DNA from: a bacterium
Lineage (GTDB): Bacteria > Bacteroidota > Ignavibacteria > UBA10030
DNA length: 64,000 nucleotides
Direction: 5' to 3'
Assembly: GCA_043803945.1 (NCBI GenBank)
Contig: JAZDJN010000042.1
Coordinates: 42,821-106,820 of the forward strand
Shown: positions 58,458-64,000 of the stretch, piece by piece
Position numbering within the stretch: the first letter of the stretch is position 1
Layout: each line of letters begins with the position of its first letter
Translations under genes and position numbers: made by a program
Notes under the pieces: model-generated
Database searches by the model: none
Seen by the model: only the letters and a program-made list of their open reading frames with translations
What the model was told of the DNA's origin: nothing

Positions 58458-59804
58458 TCAGGATCCGTTACTCATGATCTCCTGAGATACTTTTTTTCGA
58501 TCAATCCTGTTGACGATCCACTGATAGATGAGCAAAGCAATTCCAGAGGCTAGTCCGATTGCAGCGAAGTAGTACCAAATATAGTGTGCATGCGCATAGG
58601 CCGTCGCTTTCTGTCCTATCGTCAGTGTTGCCGGATCAGGACAATAAGCCGTGAGCAGATATCCTGACAATCCGAATCCGAGTATGTAAGAAAAAAAGGT
58701 GTGGATCTGACTGAATCCAAGATACAATCCTTCCTGGCCCTTGGGTGCCTGATAGGAAAAGAATTCAAAATAGCGCGGCGAGATAAAGCACTCTGCGAGG
58801 CCCTGAAAGACAATTCCGATTATCATCATCACCGTAACAGGGTGGAACGTTAAGAGGCCGCCAACAGCTACCGTGTCGCCGGTAAACGATCGAAGGATGC
58901 CATCCGACGCCATGCAAAGTGCTGAAAATGGCATAATGAACATTCCGATGGTCATCGACGTAATTGCTTTCCGCTTTCGGAGCAGGTGAGTTATGATCAT
59001 GACACACGTGACGACCACAAATGGATTGACATTGGCGATCCATTCTGGAGAAGCAGTCTCACCGACAAGTCGTAACACATATTTGGGCATCGTGGCGTAC
59101 ATCTGCCCCTGGATCATCCAGAATCCAGCAATGATCAAAATCAGGCTGAGCAAGCGGAAATTACTTAAGACGCGAATAAAGCTATCCCACACCTCACGGA
59201 TGGTCTTTTTTTCTCCTTCTGTGTGTGTTGCTTTATAGAAGAAGAACACTACGATGAGAGCGATACATGTCAGGGTTGCCGAATAAAAATTAATGGATTC
59301 GAGTCCCCACCAGAGGCGCATTGGAAATGCAAAAGTCTTTCCAAGAAACGATCCGACATTGACCATCCCGTAAAAGATGGAATAGCCGCGGGCGCGGGAC
59401 TCTTCCGACGTGCTTTTAGCAACGGTTCCGGTAATGATGGATTTGATAAACGATCCGCCAAACATAAGAAGAACAAGGGCTGGAATGACGGTTTGCCGAT
59501 AGGGGAGAAATCCTAATGTGAAGTAGCCGACGGAGAGCAGAGAGAATGCGAGAATGATTGCTTTTCTGAAGCCAATCTTATCGGCGTAAGCACCCGTGAA
59601 TGCGGGCAGGAAGTACATTCCGGCTGAAAATCCGCCGCTGATCCAACCCGCCCAGATGTCGTTGAAACCGACAACTTTTGTCAGATAGAGGGTGATGGAA
59701 ATAAATACGGCATAGTATGCCGAGCGTTCAAAGAGTTCGACAATGTTTGCTGTCCAAAAGACTCTTGGAAAATTCCAGTTTGCCTTACCTGTTTCAGCGC
59801 TCAT
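58458..59804 (-). CDS. MFS transporter (POT/peptide-transporter-like)
   Basis: ELFERSAYY motif, GAYADKIGFR, about 12 TMs; GGAG RBS before MSAETG. Confidence 0.85.
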   Translation of the reverse strand: MSAETGKANWNFPRVFWTANIVELFERSAYYAVFISITLYLTKVVGFNDIWAGWISGGFSAGMYFLPAFTGAYADKIGFRKAIILAFSLLSVGYFTLGFLPYRQTVIPALVLLMFGGSFIKSIITGTVAKSTSEESRARGYSIFYGMVNVGSFLGKTFAFPMRLWWGLESINFYSATLTCIALIVVFFFYKATHTEGEKKTIREVWDSFIRVLSNFRLLSLILIIAGFWMIQGQMYATMPKYVLRLVGETASPEWIANVNPFVVVTCVMIITHLLRKRKAITSMTIGMFIMPFSALCMASDGILRSFTGDTVAVGGLLTFHPVTVMMIIGIVFQGLAECFISPRYFEFFSYQAPKGQEGLYLGFSQIHTFFSYILGFGLSGYLLTAYCPDPATLTIGQKATAYAHAHYIWYYFAAIGLASGIALLIYQWIVNRIDRKKVSQEIMSNGS

Positions 59805-60123
59805 CTGATGCTCCAAAGAAATTGGGAAAAAACGCGGCAGGAAGATAACCATCCAACTGTTCAAATGCTAAGGGTTTTATCTGTTAGGCAGTGTTGATAC
59901 TTCAAATCTCAAATTATTAATACCAAAACCCAAACTATCTCTCCATCACTCATTCTCCCTCTCACCCACTCTCCCTCGTTCTCTTGTATATTCATACTCT
60001 CATACTCCCATTCCTCACAAACCTCCTTGCCTTTCTCCAAAATCTCCAATAGCTTCCAACATCATGGTCAACCAATAGAGGGTTCAGAACAAGAGCCCGC
60101 CATCATCACACGGCAACAAACCG

Positions 60124-61641
60124 ATGCCCATTAAAACAGGATTCGATAACGAACAGTACCTTTCCGAACAAACTTCCGCCATAATTAATCGTGTCAGCAG
60201 ATTCGATAATAAACTCTATCTGGAGTTTGGCGGGAAACTGATCTATGATTACCACGCTTCCCGTGTGCTGCCCGGTTTCGATTCGAATGTAAAAATCCGA
60301 TTACTGCAAAAGCTCGCCGATAAATCGGAGGTTGTATTATGTATTTTTGCCGGCGATATTGAGCGCAAGAAAGTTAGAGCGGATTTTGGGATTACCTATG
60401 ACTCCGATGCCTTGAAGCTCATCGATGATCTTCGCGAATGGGGTATTCAGGTGACAGCGGTGGTGATTACCCGGTTTGACGCTCAACCGTCGGCGACGAT
60501 GTTTAAAAATAAATTGGAGCGCCGGGGAATTCGGGTCTACACACATCGTTTCACCAAAGGATATCCGATCGATCTTGATACGATTGTCAGCGATGAAGGG
60601 TATGGAGCGAACGAATTTATTGAAACGACAAAACCCATTGTGGTAGTGACCGGCCCAGGCCCGAATAGCGGAAAGCTGGCAACATGTCTTGCGCAGCTCT
60701 ATCATGAATACCGGCGCGGCGTGCATGCCGGGTATGCGAAATTTGAAACATTCCCTATCTGGAACCTTCCGTTGAAACATCCCATCAATATTGCCTATGA
60801 AGCTGCGACCGCGGATATCCGCGATTACAATGTCATTGATCCGTTCCACCTTGAGGCATACAACGAGAAGTCCGTTAACTATAATCGCGACGTCGATGCC
60901 TTCCCGCTCCTTCGCCGTATCATCGAAAAGATCACTCGCGCCTCTTCGTTCTACAAATCGCCCACAGATATGGGAGTCAATCGGGCAGGTTACGGAATTA
61001 TCGACGATGCCGCAGTGCGCGAAGCTGCGGTACAGGAAATCATCAGACGCTATTTCCGATCCGCTTACGAATATGCGATGGGATTTGTCGATAAGGAAAC
61101 GGTTGAGCGGGTGAAACTTCTTCTGGAGGAACTGGAGACAAAGCCAGAAAATAGAAGCGTTGTTTCACCGGCACGCCTCGCGGCTGCTGATGGAGAGAAG
61201 AGTGGAAAGGGAAGTGAAGGGATCTATTGCGGTGCTGCAATCGAACTTTCAGACGGCTCGATCATCACCGGAAAGAACTCACCATTGATGCATGCCTCCT
61301 CAGCATTGATCCTTAATGCTGTGAAACATCTCGCAAATTTTCCGGACGCTGTGCATCTCCTCGCGCCCAATATTACCGAATCGATCAGCCATTTTAAAAA
61401 AGATGTGCTCAAGGGAAAAGTATTAAGCCTTGATCTTGAAGAAACACTTATTGCACTGAGTATTAGTGCCACAGTCAATCCTGCTGCTCAGCTTGCAGTA
61501 GAAAAATTGAAAGAGCTGCGCGGCTGCGAAATGCACCTGACGCATATCCCGACGCCCGGTGACGAAGCCGGGCTGCGGAAGTTAGGAGTCAACCTGACGT
61601 GTGATCCGGACTTCGCGACAAAACGTCTCTTCGTCAGTTAG
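60124..61641 (+). CDS. DUF1846 (UPF0371) family P-loop protein
   Basis: [49 protein letters not shown]. Confidence 0.9.
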   Translation: MPIKTGFDNEQYLSEQTSAIINRVSRFDNKLYLEFGGKLIYDYHASRVLPGFDSNVKIRLLQKLADKSEVVLCIFAGDIERKKVRADFGITYDSDALKLIDDLREWGIQVTAVVITRFDAQPSATMFKNKLERRGIRVYTHRFTKGYPIDLDTIVSDEGYGANEFIETTKPIVVVTGPGPNSGKLATCLAQLYHEYRRGVHAGYAKFETFPIWNLPLKHPINIAYEAATADIRDYNVIDPFHLEAYNEKSVNYNRDVDAFPLLRRIIEKITRASSFYKSPTDMGVNRAGYGIIDDAAVREAAVQEIIRRYFRSAYEYAMGFVDKETVERVKLLLEELETKPENRSVVSPARLAAADGEKSGKGSEGIYCGAAIELSDGSIITGKNSPLMHASSALILNAVKHLANFPDAVHLLAPNITESISHFKKDVLKGKVLSLDLEETLIALSISATVNPAAQLAVEKLKELRGCEMHLTHIPTPGDEAGLRKLGVNLTCDPDFATKRLFVS

Positions 61642-61653
61642 TGAGGATTCCAA

Positions 61654-62913
61654 ATGACCAGTAAAGCAAGAGTAATAGCAGCATTATCTCATAAGGAGCC
61701 AGACCGCATTCCTATCGATTTTGGCGGAACCGGTGTTACCGGTATGCACGTTGCCTGCGTGACAGCACTCCGCGAATACTATGGCCTGGAGAAAAGAGTG
61801 GTTAAAGTGCATGAACCGTATCAGATGCTCGGATTGATCGAACAGGATCTACAAGAAGCACTGGATATCGATGTCGAAGGCGTCTATGGGCCCGATACGA
61901 TGTTTGGATTTCCGAATGAGAACTGGAAACCGTGGCGGCTCGACAATGGTTTGGAAGTCCTCGTCTCCGAAAATTTCCGAACGACCAAGGATGAGCAGGG
62001 TAACACACTAATCTATCCGAAGGGTGACCTCTCCGCTCCTCCTTCAGGCAGAATGCCGAAGTGGGGTTTTTTCTTTGATTCCATCATTCGCCAGGAACCG
62101 ATCGATGAAAGCCGGTTGGATCCTGCCGACAATACAGAAGAGTTCGAACCGGTTACTGAGAAATTGCTCGAACACTTCGAACAGGCTGCACGGCAAGCTG
62201 CTCAAACAGGCAGGGGAGTGATAGGCTCATTTGGAGGGACATCGTTTGGGGATATCGCATTCGTTCCCGCGCCATTTCTGAAGCATCCGAAAGGGATACG
62301 TGATATAGAAGAGTGGTACGTCACCACGCTGACTCGTCAGGACTATGTCCATGCAATTTTCGAGAAACAGTGTGAGATGGCGCTTGCAAATCTTGAGAAG
62401 ATACATCAGCGGGTTGGTGAAATTGTGGATGCAGTCTTTATTTGTGGAACGGACTTTGGCACACAAAGCTCAACCTTCTGTTCTGTGGATACCTTTGAAT
62501 CACTTTACATGCCGTACTACAAACGAGTCAACGATTGGATTCATTCAAAGACCACATGGAAGACCTTCAAACACTCGTGCGGTGCTGTCGAGACACTCAT
62601 TCCTTCGTTCATTGATTCAGGGTTTGATATCCTCAATCCAGTCCAATGCTCGGCTGATGGCATGGATCCGCATCATTTGAAAAACACCTTCGGCCGTGAT
62701 ATCGTCTTTTGGGGCGGCGGGATCGATACACAAAAGACGTTGATGTTCAGTACTGCTGAAAGTGTTCGCGAGGAAGTGCTCGCACGCTGCGAGATTTTTG
62801 GAAAAGGCGGAGGCTTTATTTTTAATTCTGTTCACAACATTCAGGCAAATGTCCCTCTCAAGAATATTGTGGCGATGTTTGATGCCGTCAAAGAATTTAA
62901 CGGCAGGAAATGA
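61654..62913 (+). CDS. Uroporphyrinogen decarboxylase / MtaA-CmuA-like family protein
   Basis: PDRIPIDFG, DFGTQ, KHSCG, LNPVQ, FWGGGIDTQ, HNIQ. Confidence 0.82.
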   Translation: MTSKARVIAALSHKEPDRIPIDFGGTGVTGMHVACVTALREYYGLEKRVVKVHEPYQMLGLIEQDLQEALDIDVEGVYGPDTMFGFPNENWKPWRLDNGLEVLVSENFRTTKDEQGNTLIYPKGDLSAPPSGRMPKWGFFFDSIIRQEPIDESRLDPADNTEEFEPVTEKLLEHFEQAARQAAQTGRGVIGSFGGTSFGDIAFVPAPFLKHPKGIRDIEEWYVTTLTRQDYVHAIFEKQCEMALANLEKIHQRVGEIVDAVFICGTDFGTQSSTFCSVDTFESLYMPYYKRVNDWIHSKTTWKTFKHSCGAVETLIPSFIDSGFDILNPVQCSADGMDPHHLKNTFGRDIVFWGGGIDTQKTLMFSTAESVREEVLARCEIFGKGGGFIFNSVHNIQANVPLKNIVAMFDAVKEFNGRK

Positions 62914-63803
62914 GAATGCGCTACCGGATGCTAGGCCGAACAGAACTTCAGGTTTCGGAATTGGGACTCGGTGCACTGGAGATCGGCCGCGACTGGCCTT
63001 ACTGGCGTCAGGCCGAAGCAGAATTTCAAAGACCCGATGAGACCGTTGCTGTCAGGCTTATCCATCGGGCAATCGATCTTGGTGTGAACTTTATCGATAC
63101 GGCTCCTGCGTATTTTAAGAGTGAGGAACTGCTCGGTCTAGCACTTGAAGGGAAGCGGCATCAGGTGTTTCTTGCAACGAAATGCGGTGAGTGGTTCGAT
63201 GGGCACAGTTCGAATTACAATTACTCGTATGACGAGACCTTCAGGTTTATGGAGAATAGTCTGCGTCTCCTGAAAACTGACTATGTCGATTTACTTCAGA
63301 TCCACAGCGGCAGCCTCGAGGTTGTACAACGCGGTGAGACAATGACGGCAATGAAAATTCTCAGGGAGCAGGGAAAAGCACGCTTCCTCGGCATCTCTGT
63401 CGATCATGAAGATGCCGCACTTGCAGCGATCCATTCGGGGGAGTACGATTGTATTCAACTCAGCTATAACCTTCTCAATCGAGTGATGGAACATCAAGTG
63501 CTTTCTCTGGCGAAGGAACGGAACATCGGCATTATAGTAAAAGATGCACTTCACCAGGGAAAATTAACACACAAGCACCTGCAGATTCAGGATGAAGATT
63601 TGAAGCGGCGAATTGCAGAGTATGATCAAAAGGCGCGATCTCTGTCTATAGGTCTGCCCGAGTATGCCCTGCGGTTTGTTCTTGCGAACCCGATTGCGTC
63701 ATCCATTATCGCCGGAACAAAGAGCATAGAACATTTGGAGGCGAATGTCCGTTGTACGGAACAGGAAGAGTTAACCATGAAAATCGATGTCATGGAGAAA
63801 TAA
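62910..63803 (+). CDS. Aldo/keto reductase
   Basis: LGRTELQVSELGLG, DTAPAY, ATK, SLRLLKTDYVDLLQIH, GIS, YNLL. Confidence 0.9.
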   Translation: MRMRYRMLGRTELQVSELGLGALEIGRDWPYWRQAEAEFQRPDETVAVRLIHRAIDLGVNFIDTAPAYFKSEELLGLALEGKRHQVFLATKCGEWFDGHSSNYNYSYDETFRFMENSLRLLKTDYVDLLQIHSGSLEVVQRGETMTAMKILREQGKARFLGISVDHEDAALAAIHSGEYDCIQLSYNLLNRVMEHQVLSLAKERNIGIIVKDALHQGKLTHKHLQIQDEDLKRRIAEYDQKARSLSIGLPEYALRFVLANPIASSIIAGTKSIEHLEANVRCTEQEELTMKIDVMEK

Positions 63804-63860
63804 TCCTGTAAGTTCAACGCTTTCTGAGTAGATGGTTATTATCACACCTCCCCATCGAGG

Positions 63861-64000
63861 CTACTCATTACCCACAATTCGTGAGAAGGGTGAAGGGAGT
63901 TGTACAAGACATTTATTTTCAATATGTTATTGAGACAAGTATATGATAACATCTTGAAAGGAACAATGTCATGGAGCGATGGATAACTGAAGAGATCAAG
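63861..64000 (+). mobile_element. Probable left end of an IS4-family (IS50/Tn5-like) insertion sequence, cut by the window edge
   Basis: CTACTCATTACCCACAATT resembles Tn5-type ends; RBS GAAAGGAA, then ATG 63971 MERWITEEIK resembling the W..EE start of Tn5-like transposases. Confidence 0.45.

Overview
A 64-kb, gene-dense bacterial window. The gene content (TonB receptor plus DUF4249 lipoprotein, HEAT/CheR/CheZ chemotaxis genes, DRTGG-type hydrogenase regulators) suggests an anaerobic or facultative FCB-group organism such as Ignavibacteria, which is an inference. (1) 1-29.7 kb is a signal-transduction island: three tandem Cph1-type PAS kinases, an Rcp1-like receiver, a REC-PAS-HisKA_3 kinase with a UvrY/NarL regulator, and a chemosensory cluster (3 MCPs, cheW, TonB_C, HEAT, cheR, 2 cheY, 2 cheZ-like, cheA, STAS/SEC14, cheB, hybrid kinase). 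The island ends in a HerA-like ATPase and a TPR-SAH-TerB-like-REC protein. A repeated GacA-box-like operator precedes both chemotaxis transcription units. (2) 30-44 kb holds an oxidoreductase, a TonB receptor with a lipoprotein, two internally deleted gene relics, and an aroH-aroF-tyrA operon. That operon is headed by an unannotated Tyr-rich leader peptide (MTKATKYNVVRYAYYYYATSPLHPGGKRMA) with a full terminator/antiterminator attenuator. An SDR, a GH172-like protein, DUF2891 and creD follow. (3) 44-58 kb (minus strand) is a redox locus: a Cys-rich orphan, DRTGG proteins and a Ser kinase, a degenerate [FeFe]-hydrogenase-like sensor, a HydABC/Bfu-type flavin-FeS complex whose A subunit lacks a catalytic ligand, translationally coupled NfnAB, MarR, and a Tat-exported group 1 [NiFe]-hydrogenase with its protease. 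(4) 58-64 kb holds an MFS transporter, DUF1846, a UroD-family protein, an aldo/keto reductase and the probable left end of an IS4/Tn5-like element. No rRNA, tRNA or CRISPR array was seen. All family calls come from motif recognition by eye, with no database searches.
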